This document shows positions 9,731 through 18,412 of a stretch of 64,000 nt of DNA, piece after piece (position 1 is the stretch's first letter; the number at the start of each line of letters is the position of its first letter). A program made the translations under genes and the position numbers. The DNA comes from an uncultured Actinomycetota bacterium (GTDB taxonomy: Bacteria > Actinomycetota > Actinomycetes > JAFAQI01). Below the pieces are notes generated by a model, which was not told the DNA's origin, did not search any database, and saw nothing but the letters and a program-made list of their open reading frames with translations. The DNA lies in assembly GCA_963770565.1 (NCBI GenBank), contig CAVYQE010000001.1, forward strand, positions 800,001-864,000, read 5' to 3'.

Positions 9731-10141
9731 TCAAGCGGGCGCTTGATCGAACACGCTGAGCCCTCCCCGAGGGCCGAGTTCAAGGGTCGCGCTTCGCACC
9801 TTGTAGGAGTGACCGCAGGAGTCACCGGTTGAGCGTTGGTAGTACCGCACTCGAGCTGCTGAGGCGAGGAGCACGCGTCCGCGCGCGTTAGCGATCTTGA
9901 CCGAGACATCGGTGACATGGTCGAACTTCGCCCCTTGAACACTGACCTGGGATCCTTGAAACGTGGAGCATCGCTGGTCTGCGCAAACCGTGATCGTCTT
10001 CGCGGTCGGGTGTGCGCCGAAGTATTGAGACGCGAGGACGAGGACGCCGGACTGTAATGGCTCCGTCGGTGAGCATTCACCGCTGTAGGCGCAGCTAGAA
10101 AGCGCGCCCACCGCAAGGATCGCCGCGAGTCGAATAATGAT
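9731..10141 (-). CDS. Putative lipoprotein (start codon uncertain)
   Basis: In-frame extension IIIRLAAILAVGALSSC gives a signal peptide with lipobox, but begins at ATC/ATT; first canonical start is GTG 10111. Confidence 0.5.
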   Translation of the reverse strand: MIIRLAAILAVGALSSCAYSGECSPTEPLQSGVLVLASQYFGAHPTAKTITVCADQRCSTFQGSQVSVQGAKFDHVTDVSVKIANARGRVLLASAARVRYYQRSTGDSCGHSYKVRSATLELGPRGGLSVFDQAPA

Positions 10142-10281
10142 TCAGCAACCTACTCACCTGGTTGTGCGCCCCGGTTGACCTTCGGCGATCGTGATCAAAT
10201 CGTTCTGGGTGTGGACCACCTATACGTGTCTTGCGGTCGGCAGCCCCTGTGATCGTCGCGGTGTGGCCGCCCGTGCGCGAA

Positions 10282-10311
10282 GTGCCGTTCCTCGACGCAC
10301 ATTCCCGGCGT
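10282..10311 (+). repeat. 30-bp dispersed repeat RTGCCGTTC...CCCGGCGY, copy 2
   Basis: Matches 9160-9189. Confidence 0.5.
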
Positions 10312-10408
10312 TCCCGACATCCGATAAGGCCACGGGAGCTTCGTGGCGTAGCGGGTCTCGTGAGCCTGATTCGCTGCGGGGCCGGCGGGTGTGATTTAGA
10401 TTCTCGCC

Positions 10409-11602
10409 ATGGGCCAGTTCGGGTTGAGGTCGTTACGTGTAGCGGGCTCGGTCACGGTTATGGCCGTGGTCGCGATGATGGCGGCCCCGATCGCGGCTGG
10501 CGCGGCGGGGAGCGCGCCGCACCTGAGGAAGGTCGCGGTGTTCCGGCTGGGTAAGGACCCGGACGCGATCGGGTTCACGCCCAACAGCAAGTCCGCCTAC
10601 ATCACCAATAGCGGCTCGGGCACGGTTACTGCGGTCCACACCGGCGCGGTGTTGCGCCTCGCGACGGTCAAGACGGGAAGCGACCCGGACGCAATCGTAA
10701 TGAGCCCGAATGGGAAGACCGCGTACGCAGTGAACAGCGGGTCCGCGTCGGTGACGCCGATCTCCACCGCGACCGACAAGGCTCGCCGGCCGATTCGCGT
10801 GGGGAGCGGACCGTGCGCGATCGCGATCTCATCGCGCACGAAACGGGGTTATGTCACGAACTGCGGTTCCGGCACGGTCACACCGTTCAGCTTGGCCACG
10901 AACAAGCCGGGTCCGCCAATTGCGGTGGGGACCGGTCCTGACGCGATCGTGATCACGCCCAACGGCAAGACTGCGTACGTCGCGAACTTCATCGCGGGCA
11001 CGGTCAGCCCGGTCAACTTGCTGACGAACCTGGCAGGTCCACCGATCACGGTCGGCCATCAAGCGGTCACGATGGCGATCACCCCAAACGGTCGGCAGGT
11101 GTATGTCGCGAACTTCGAGTCGAACACGGTCACCCCGATCAACACCACCACGAACAAGGCAGGACCGGCGATCAAGGTCGGCCGCGGACCGGATGCTCTC
11201 GCGGTTGCGGATAATGGCAAGACGGTGCTCGTCGCGAACTACGGTTCGGGTTCGGTCACCGCGATCACGGTCAAGACCAACAAGATCCGCAAGACGATCA
11301 AAGTCGGCAAGAACCCCGAATCAATCGCACTCATGAGCCACACGACGTGGGCGTTGGTCGCCAACGAGGGGTCAGACACTCTCACCGAGTTCAATGCAGT
11401 GACCTTCGGCAAGACCCAGGAGCTGCGAGTCGGCAAGAACCCGAACGTGGCACGCACCACCCCCAACGGCCGCTACCTCTACGTCCTCGCCCAAGGCTCC
11501 CCTCCCTCTGCAGCGCACCTCACCCCCGCCCTCCACGCCCGCCGGCCATGCGACGCGGCCGTCGATACCTGCCCTGGAGAGGGTGAGGCCCTCAACCAGT
11601 AA
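10409..11602 (+). CDS. Secreted YVTN/YncE-type beta-propeller repeat protein
   Basis: Signal peptide; about eight ~42-aa repeats (P.AI..TPNGKTAYV.N..S.TVT.I); leaderless start after TAGATT. Confidence 0.88.
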   Translation: MGQFGLRSLRVAGSVTVMAVVAMMAAPIAAGAAGSAPHLRKVAVFRLGKDPDAIGFTPNSKSAYITNSGSGTVTAVHTGAVLRLATVKTGSDPDAIVMSPNGKTAYAVNSGSASVTPISTATDKARRPIRVGSGPCAIAISSRTKRGYVTNCGSGTVTPFSLATNKPGPPIAVGTGPDAIVITPNGKTAYVANFIAGTVSPVNLLTNLAGPPITVGHQAVTMAITPNGRQVYVANFESNTVTPINTTTNKAGPAIKVGRGPDALAVADNGKTVLVANYGSGSVTAITVKTNKIRKTIKVGKNPESIALMSHTTWALVANEGSDTLTEFNAVTFGKTQELRVGKNPNVARTTPNGRYLYVLAQGSPPSAAHLTPALHARRPCDAAVDTCPGEGEALNQ

Positions 11603-11672
11603 TGGCTCAACACGAGGAGGTGCCGCCGCGGCGACAACCCTCCGCGCACGAGCATGGAACGGCATAGGAGAG

Positions 11673-11704
11673 GTACCGATATCGTCCGCGACGATGGTCG
11701 GCAC
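11673..11704. repeat. Imperfect palindrome GTACCGATATC...GATGGTCGGCAC, copy 2
   Basis: Matches 8594-8627. Confidence 0.6.
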
Positions 11705-11805
11705 TCAGCCGACAGAGGTGCCGTAGCGTCTGGCCACCAGGGGTGCCGTTCGCGGGCCATTCGAGAACGCCGCTCGATGGAAGCCAGGCGAAGTACGGTG
11801 GCAAG

Positions 11806-12057
11806 ATGCGGCTAGCCAGGTGGAGCGCTGCTGTCGTTGTCATCCTGGGCGCTGGGCTTGCGGGCGTGTTCACAGGTGCGTATGAGCAGATCTGTCTTCT
11901 GGACTCAGCGGACTACTGCTATACGACGCACGACTGGGTGTCGACCCAGACTCTGGCCGGAGCGGCGATTGGCATCGTCGCCGGTCTCCTCCTCGTGATC
12001 AGTTGGGTGTGCGGAGAGCGACTCATTCGACGACGACAACGACATCGCGTCGTGTAG
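11806..12057 (+). CDS. Small two-TM membrane protein with Cys-containing loop
   Basis: Two TM helices, basic C-terminal tail; TACGGT 6 nt before ATG. Confidence 0.6.
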   Translation: MRLARWSAAVVVILGAGLAGVFTGAYEQICLLDSADYCYTTHDWVSTQTLAGAAIGIVAGLLLVISWVCGERLIRRRQRHRVV

Positions 12058-12084
12058 TGCCGTTAGCCGGCTGGGTGGAGGTCG

Positions 12085-13431
12085 TCAGCCGAGCACTCGC
12101 CGTGCCAGGTCGAGATGGAAGCGTACGGAGAGCAACAGGTCGTCAACGTGCACCCGTTCGTTGGCGTTGTGGGCGCCGGCCTCGATCACCTCGGTCGGTG
12201 TGGCCCGGAACGGGCTGAAGCCGTATGCCGCAGTGCCGGCCGCGGCGCGCAGGTAGTTGCTGTCCGTGAACCCGGTGCACAGCCGCGGGATGATGGTGGC
12301 CGAGTCATCGTCCGCCGCGAGGAAGGCGGCGATGGCTGCTGGCACGGGGCCGTCGAGTGGTGAGCTCGACGCCGGGGTGATCGGCTCGGGCCACCCGAGC
12401 TCGTAGGCGATGTCGTCGCCGAGCAGCGACCTGACATGCGCCTCGACGTTGTCCTGCGTCGTACCGGGAAGGATCCGGCAATCCACCTCGGCGGTGGCCC
12501 GCGCCGGCATGACGTTGCGTTGCTCGGATCCCCACAGCATGGTCGGCGCGAGCGTCGATCCCATCAGGGCCGGCAGGATGTGCACCAGGGTCGGATGGAG
12601 GGCGCCCGCCTCAGCCACCGCTCGGCCAAGGTCCGGCTCGTCGCGGCCGAGAACGGCACGCAGCAACGCTGTAAACACCGGCGTGGGAGCCGGATCGGGG
12701 AGACCATTGCCCAGTCTCACCAGCAGTCGAGCCAGCATCGGCACGGCGTTGTTGCCGAGCGTCGGCTGCGACGCGTGGCCCGCCTCGCCCGACGCCGTGA
12801 TCTGGAATGGCAGCGTGCCCTTCTCGCCGACGGCGTACATCACGACCTCGCGTCCATCGGCCAGGGGCAACCGTTCACCGCCGCCTTCATTGACACTGTG
12901 GGTCGGCCGGATGTCGGCCCGCTCCTTTAGCAGCCAGCGCATCCCGACGTCCGCGAAACCGTCCTCCTCGTCCGCCACTGCGATGAACCACAGGTCGCCG
13001 GTCGGTCGGAATCCGTTGCGCGCCAGTTCCGCCATCGCCACAGCCCGGGCCGCGACCTCGTTCTTCATGTCTACGGCGCCGCGACCCCACAGCCAGCCGG
13101 CATCGTCGACGATGGCCTCGAACGGCGGGTGAGTCCAGTCGCGCGGGTCGCACGGCACGACGTCCGTGTGGCCGACGAACGCCAGCGATTCCGCATCGGG
13201 GGACGCGCCCCGGATGCGTGCCACGAGATTGGCCCGGTCCGGGTCGCGGGCGACCAGTTCAACTTCGACACCGTTGCGGGCAAGGTAGTCCTGCAGGTAC
13301 GCCGCACACCGGGTTTCGTTGCCCAGCCCGGGCTCGCGGGCGTTGGTCGTGTCGAGCCGCATCAGGTCGCGGGCAACCTCGATCACCTCGTCATGAAGGC
13401 GCGAGAGGTCGAGCCCTGCCGGTCCCGTCAT
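12085..13431 (-). CDS. M20/M25/M40 family metallopeptidase
   Basis: GHTDVV, GRGAVDMK, ADEE, EKG, GFTD and AHNANE motifs. Confidence 0.92.
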   Translation of the reverse strand: MTGPAGLDLSRLHDEVIEVARDLMRLDTTNAREPGLGNETRCAAYLQDYLARNGVEVELVARDPDRANLVARIRGASPDAESLAFVGHTDVVPCDPRDWTHPPFEAIVDDAGWLWGRGAVDMKNEVAARAVAMAELARNGFRPTGDLWFIAVADEEDGFADVGMRWLLKERADIRPTHSVNEGGGERLPLADGREVVMYAVGEKGTLPFQITASGEAGHASQPTLGNNAVPMLARLLVRLGNGLPDPAPTPVFTALLRAVLGRDEPDLGRAVAEAGALHPTLVHILPALMGSTLAPTMLWGSEQRNVMPARATAEVDCRILPGTTQDNVEAHVRSLLGDDIAYELGWPEPITPASSSPLDGPVPAAIAAFLAADDDSATIIPRLCTGFTDSNYLRAAAGTAAYGFSPFRATPTEVIEAGAHNANERVHVDDLLLSVRFHLDLARRVLG

Positions 13432-13493
13432 ACGTCACTCCCAAGCCGGTTGAGCATCCAGGCACTGATGGGCAAGGCCCAACAGGACGAAAC

Positions 13494-14948
13494 CTAGGCG
13501 AATCGCGAGTTCGTTGGTGGCGGGGGGCAGGAATCGCGGCGGCCAGGCCGTTGATAGGCCGCCGGGCTCGTCGAATCGTCGGGGTCGTCGGGATCGTCGC
13601 CGGCCAGCCGATACGGGGCGACGATGCGGCTGCTTCCGGCGGGGGTGGTCCATTCCAGGTAGCCGTTGGGCAGGGTTCGGACGGTCCAGCCGGCGTGAGT
13701 CTTGCAGCGGTGGTGGCGTCGACATCGCGGACACACGTTCGTCTCGTCGGACGGTCCGCCGACATCGTGCGGCACGGTGTGCTCACCGTCACAACGCGAT
13801 GACGGAATCGAGCAGCCGGGGTAGTCGCAGTTGGGGCGAACCCCGAGCATGAAGTCGCGGAGCACCTTGTTGGGCCGGTAGCTTGCTCGCCCGATGGCGA
13901 TGAGGGCACCGGTGTCTTCGGCGGTGCAGAACCGCTGCCATTCGCCCTCGGCGGCCAGCTCCCGAAGGTGTTCGGCGGTGATCGGGCCGTAACCAGCCAG
14001 CTCGCCCGGATCGTTTCGCAAGCCCAGCAGCGTCTTGATCCCGCCGGTGACCTGCACCGTCACCCGCGCACGGGCGGAGGACGGAAGGTCGCGGTCGGTG
14101 ACCGCACCGGCGCACAGGTCGGCGAGGGCGTCCGCGCGGCGCTGATCCACGGTCCGGATCTGGTCGAGCCTCCCGCTCTTGACCTGCTGCCGGTCGCTGG
14201 CACCGTACTGGTCCGCGATCTCGGTGAGGCTGTTCATGACAACCTTTGCGTCCTCAGCGCGCAGCTCGGCGTACACCGCGGCCATCCCGTCCGGTAGTGG
14301 CCAGGACTCGATCCGGCGCCCACGGATCGCGCGTTGCCGCTTCGCTTCCGCAGCCGCGGTGTCGGCCTTGATCACTTCTCGGCGCAGCTTGCGCCGCCAG
14401 GCAGTCACATCCCGGTTGATCTCCCAGCTGTCGACCATCGCCTGGTCGACCTGCTCGACCTGCCACGGCTCGAGCCCCGCGGTTGCATCCACGACCGCGC
14501 GCGCCATCAGCCAGCTGATCCCGCCCCGCTCCAGCGCCGACCGCACCCCAGGCAGGTTGGAGAGCACGGTCCGCGCGGTGTGCAGGTCGGTCCCGGCGCT
14601 GTTCAAGGTCTGGCCCGTGATCAAGGCGATGATCTCGGGACCGAAGTCATCGGTGCCGAACGGACCAGCGACGGCGTGCTGCGGGCTCGCCGCGCCGGCG
14701 ACCGCTTCCGCACGCCGGAGCTGGGTCCACGCGAGGAGGCGGTCCCATACGCCGAGCACCCGCTCCCGATCCGCGTCCGACAGGATCTCTTCGCGCAGGT
14801 GGTCCAGCACGGACAGCATCCGTACGCCGGGCCGCTCGACCTCCAGCTTGTCGAGGAGCCTCGCCGGGCAGTTGGCCAGCAGCTCGTCGACCGCTGCGGC
14901 GCAGTCGTCGCGGAACTCGAACACGTGTTCGATCCTAAGCGCTCCCAC
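13494..14948 (-). CDS. DUF222 / HNH endonuclease (13E12-repeat-like) protein
   Basis: R..DQRRADAL, GELAGYGPI, YRP, C.YPGC, C(D)GEH..P, CRRHHRCKT motifs. Confidence 0.88.
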   Translation of the reverse strand: MGALRIEHVFEFRDDCAAAVDELLANCPARLLDKLEVERPGVRMLSVLDHLREEILSDADRERVLGVWDRLLAWTQLRRAEAVAGAASPQHAVAGPFGTDDFGPEIIALITGQTLNSAGTDLHTARTVLSNLPGVRSALERGGISWLMARAVVDATAGLEPWQVEQVDQAMVDSWEINRDVTAWRRKLRREVIKADTAAAEAKRQRAIRGRRIESWPLPDGMAAVYAELRAEDAKVVMNSLTEIADQYGASDRQQVKSGRLDQIRTVDQRRADALADLCAGAVTDRDLPSSARARVTVQVTGGIKTLLGLRNDPGELAGYGPITAEHLRELAAEGEWQRFCTAEDTGALIAIGRASYRPNKVLRDFMLGVRPNCDYPGCSIPSSRCDGEHTVPHDVGGPSDETNVCPRCRRHHRCKTHAGWTVRTLPNGYLEWTTPAGSSRIVAPYRLAGDDPDDPDDSTSPAAYQRPGRRDSCPPPPTNSRFA

Positions 14949-15035
14949 CGACAGGAATCGAGGCTGACTCAGTCGCCTGTGTACAACCCCTCGCCGGACG
15001 CCAGTACGGACGCCGCGATCCCGGCCGGATGGCGC

Positions 15036-15749
15036 TCAGCGACCGCCGCGGATGGCGCGCAGGTGAAGGAACATCGGGATCCGGTGCCACGGCCGGGACG
15101 GGTCAGGGTCGGTCGGTTCCCGGATCCGGTCGATCAGCAGGCCGGCTTCAGCGAGCGCATCGACGTAGTCCGCGATCGGACGGTGCTCGCTGTGGAAGGT
15201 CATTGTCAGGCCGTCGCGGGTGCACCGGTCCGAGTACTGATGCCGGTCGTACCAGTCGTCGGTGATGACGAACGGCGAAGCGACGTCGTCGGCGTTGTCG
15301 AACCGTCCGACCGCGTTGACCGGGTGCACGATCGCCGCCACGAACACTCCACCGGAACGCAACACCCGGCCGGCCTCGGAGATGGCCTGCGCGTAGTCGT
15401 CGATGTCCTGCAACGACATGAACGCGATCGCGAGGTCGGCGGATCCGTCGCGCAACGGCAGCCGCGCGCCGTCCGCGATCAGCACGTGTCCGTGCGGGTC
15501 GGGATGGTCGGCGGCCGCGCGGGCGAGCTGTGCGGAGCCGTCGATCGCGACGACCCGATGTCCACGCGCGACGAGGTCCCGCGAGACCCGGCCCTCGCCG
15601 CAGCCGATGTCGACGGTCAACTCGCCTGGGGCGGGCAGCAGGTCGAACAACGCCTCGCGATGGAATCGCCAGTAGCTGTCGTGACCCGGAGCTCGCGCCC
15701 AGGCGATCCAGTCCGCCGCCTCTTGGTCCCATGCACCGCGAAGTGTCAC
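15036..15749 (-). CDS. Class I SAM-dependent methyltransferase
   Basis: VDIGCGEG motif I, ADGARLP, RVLRSGG; start set at GTG 15749. Confidence 0.88.
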   Translation of the reverse strand: MTLRGAWDQEAADWIAWARAPGHDSYWRFHREALFDLLPAPGELTVDIGCGEGRVSRDLVARGHRVVAIDGSAQLARAAADHPDPHGHVLIADGARLPLRDGSADLAIAFMSLQDIDDYAQAISEAGRVLRSGGVFVAAIVHPVNAVGRFDNADDVASPFVITDDWYDRHQYSDRCTRDGLTMTFHSEHRPIADYVDALAEAGLLIDRIREPTDPDPSRPWHRIPMFLHLRAIRGGR

Positions 15750-15786
15750 GGACGCCAGTTTGCCGGTTGTCCGCTTTGATAGTTGC

Positions 15787-17487
15787 GTGCCACGGCAGAG
15801 GTCACTCCGGGACCGTGACGAGCGACGGATCGCGTTTGCGCTGATCGTGTCCTTCGCGGTGACCGTTGCGGTCGCCGTCGCCGCAGCGGCAACCCGGAGC
15901 GGATGGGGCACGGTCGTCGCGCTGTTCGCGAGCGTCGTCGCCGAGGTCATGATCGGCCGTCGCTCGTCGGCTCTGCTGGGTGCCCTCCGCTGGTCGAGCG
16001 CCGGCCCGCCCACGCGTACGGCGCTCCGGATGGTCGCCGTCCTGCTGTTGGCGGCTCGCTGCTTCGGGTCCTCGATCGTCATCGGCACCGCCATTGCGGC
16101 CGTCGTACTCATCACTGCCGCGATCGCGGCCGAGGCCTTGCGCTACCTGGTCGCCCGGATGCGACGGCTGCCGCTGGTCAGCCGCAACCTCGACCTGGGC
16201 GACTTCGCCGTACCCGACCTGCCACCAGCGATTGCGACCGATCCGTCCACGGCCGATGCGGCTGCCTCGGTCGTCGCGGCACTGGGCCTCGCGATCGCGA
16301 TGCACGTCACCACATCGAAGGGCGTCGCCGCGGCCGGTCTGGCACTTGCGGCCCTGATCGCCGCGCTGCCGGTGGTCGTGCTCGGCACCCACCTGCGAAC
16401 CCTGATCCGCGCGCAGCTGCGCAGCCGTCTCACGACCGCAGCAACCACCGCGATCGAGGCGCTGGCGCCCGAGGTCGCGCTGTATTTCGACGCGAGCGCC
16501 GAGGAGCTCTACCAGTTGCGGATGTGGTTGGCCCCGGTGGCACAACTCGGCCGGCGCGCGGTCGTCATCCTGCGCAGCTACGAGGTCTTCGACGCACTGA
16601 GCGATGTCACGCTTCCGGTGATCTGCAGCCCGTTCAACGGGACCATCGCGTCGCTGCCGTTGCCGCGCCGGGTCGTCACGCTGTTCCCCACTCACACCGG
16701 CAACAACCTGTCGATGCTGCGCCGGCCCGAAGTGCGGAGCGTGTTCGTCGGGCACGGTGACAGTGACAAGCCCGACAGCGTCAACCCGTTTGCGCGGGTG
16801 TACGACGAGGTGTGGGTGGCCGGCCCGCTCGGTCGCCGCCGGTACGCCCAGGCGAGGATCGGGGTGGCCGACCGGGCGATCGTCGAGATCGGCCGGCCGC
16901 AGGCCCAGGCGGCCTCGACCAGGCCGCCGCAGGAGCCCACCATCGTCTACGCGCCGACCTGGGAAGGCTGGGGCAACGACCCGCACCACAGCTCGCTGGC
17001 CCAGATCGGCGCGACCCTGATCGAGCGGCTGGTCGACCGCCCGGATGTGCGGATTCGCTATCGGCCACATCCGCTGACCGGGCAGCGCGACCCGGCCTTG
17101 CGCGCCGCGCACCAGCGGATCATCAGGATGGTCGGCCGGGTACCGGAGGACGAGCCGCTCGCGGTGACGCTCGCGGGTGCATCCGGGGTGATCGGCGATA
17201 TCTCGGCGGTCCTCAGCGAGTTCCTGCCGTACGACCGGCCGTACGCCGTCGTCGACACCAGAGGCCTGGGTTCGACCCGGTTCATCGAGCGATTCCCGAC
17301 CGCGGCCGGCGGGTTCGTGCTCGGCCCCGATCTCGATCGGCTGGACGCGTTCATCGGCGCCGCCCTCGGCGGGCCCGACCAGACGTCGACCGCCCGCGGG
17401 GACCTGATGGCCGACGCCCTCGGTGATCCGGCGACGTCGCAGGACCGGTTCGCCGACGCGGTCAGCCGGCTCCTCGCCGCCGAATAG
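15787..17487 (+). CDS. Second membrane-anchored CDP-glycerol glycerophosphotransferase-family protein
   Basis: Same motifs as 1192-2979 (GHGDSDK, NPF.RVY, YAPTWEGW, YRPHP). Confidence 0.8.
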   Translation: MPRQRSLRDRDERRIAFALIVSFAVTVAVAVAAAATRSGWGTVVALFASVVAEVMIGRRSSALLGALRWSSAGPPTRTALRMVAVLLLAARCFGSSIVIGTAIAAVVLITAAIAAEALRYLVARMRRLPLVSRNLDLGDFAVPDLPPAIATDPSTADAAASVVAALGLAIAMHVTTSKGVAAAGLALAALIAALPVVVLGTHLRTLIRAQLRSRLTTAATTAIEALAPEVALYFDASAEELYQLRMWLAPVAQLGRRAVVILRSYEVFDALSDVTLPVICSPFNGTIASLPLPRRVVTLFPTHTGNNLSMLRRPEVRSVFVGHGDSDKPDSVNPFARVYDEVWVAGPLGRRRYAQARIGVADRAIVEIGRPQAQAASTRPPQEPTIVYAPTWEGWGNDPHHSSLAQIGATLIERLVDRPDVRIRYRPHPLTGQRDPALRAAHQRIIRMVGRVPEDEPLAVTLAGASGVIGDISAVLSEFLPYDRPYAVVDTRGLGSTRFIERFPTAAGGFVLGPDLDRLDAFIGAALGGPDQTSTARGDLMADALGDPATSQDRFADAVSRLLAAE

Positions 17488-17497
17488 GCTTGCAGGC

Positions 17498-18412
17498 GTG
17501 AGCGACCTGCCGGCATCGATCAGCGTGCGCGAGGTCGGTCCGCGCGACGGGCTCCAGAACGAAGCACCCGTCTCCACGGCCGCCAAAGTCGAGCTGGTCG
17601 ACGCGCTGTCTGCCACCGGCGTGGGCCGGATCGAGGCGGTCAGCTTCGTGCACCCGCGGGCGATTCCGCAGATGGCCGATGCCGACGAGGTATGGCAGCG
17701 GATCGCGCGCAACGCCGATGTGCGGTACTCCGCGCTCGTGCCCAACCTGCGCGGCGCCCAGCGCGCCCTGGACGCCGGCTTTCGCGAGATCGAGGTCGTG
17801 GTGTCCGCCTCGGACACCCACAACCGGAAGAACATCAACCGTTCCACCGAGCAGTCGCTCGACGACATCGCCGAGCTGGTCGCGAACGCGCACGAGCGGG
17901 GGAGCACGGTGCAGGTCATCGTGTCGACCGCGTGGGGGTGCCCTTATGAGGGCGACGTACCGGTTGAGCGGGTGGTCGCGGTCGCGAGCCGCGCGGTGGC
18001 CGACGGCGCCGACAGCATCTCCTTCGGCGACACCACGGGGATGGCGACGCCCGGCCGGGTGACCAGGCTGATCGGTGAGTTTCGCTCGGCGAACCCGGAC
18101 ACCGCGATCAACGTGCACTTCCACAACACCCGCGGTGCGGGGCTGGCCAATGTCATGGCCGCGATGCAGGTGGGGGTCGCGGACTTCGACTCGAGCGTCG
18201 GCGGGCTCGGCGGCTGCCCTTACGCGCCGGGAGCTAGTGGCAACGTCGCAACCGAAGAGCTGGTCCACCTGGTCGAGGACATGGGGGTCGCCACCGGGAT
18301 CGATCTCGACGCGATGATCGAGGCGGCCGCGACGGCCGAGCGGATCGTCGGACGCACGTTGCCGAGCCAGGTGCTGCGCGCCGGCCCGAGGACCCGCACC
18401 ACCGCCGCGTGA
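17498..18412 (+). CDS. Hydroxymethylglutaryl-CoA lyase
   Basis: EVGPRDGLQNE, HFHNTRG, GLGGCPYAPGASGN. Confidence 0.93.
   Translation: MSDLPASISVREVGPRDGLQNEAPVSTAAKVELVDALSATGVGRIEAVSFVHPRAIPQMADADEVWQRIARNADVRYSALVPNLRGAQRALDAGFREIEVVVSASDTHNRKNINRSTEQSLDDIAELVANAHERGSTVQVIVSTAWGCPYEGDVPVERVVAVASRAVADGADSISFGDTTGMATPGRVTRLIGEFRSANPDTAINVHFHNTRGAGLANVMAAMQVGVADFDSSVGGLGGCPYAPGASGNVATEELVHLVEDMGVATGIDLDAMIEAAATAERIVGRTLPSQVLRAGPRTRTTAA

Larger units (their letters stand above)
6093..12075. mobile_element. Accessory island / putative gene-cassette array
   Basis: Unrelated small genes in mixed orientation, visibly more A/T at third codon positions than the flanks, repeated short palindromes in spacers; no integrase present. 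Confidence 0.5.

Noticed and set aside
10409-11500. Internal DNA repeats as a mobile element
   Set aside because: Explained by beta-propeller blade repeats.
6093-12075. Prophage or intact IS
   Set aside because: No integrase, transposase, structural genes, tRNA target or clear target-site duplication.
15802-17919. Long antisense and alternate-frame ORFs (705 aa here; also 1336-2934, 14334-15779, 56196-57647)
   Set aside because: Shadow ORFs of high-GC genes; Arg/Pro-rich, no motifs, fully overlapping well-supported CDSs.
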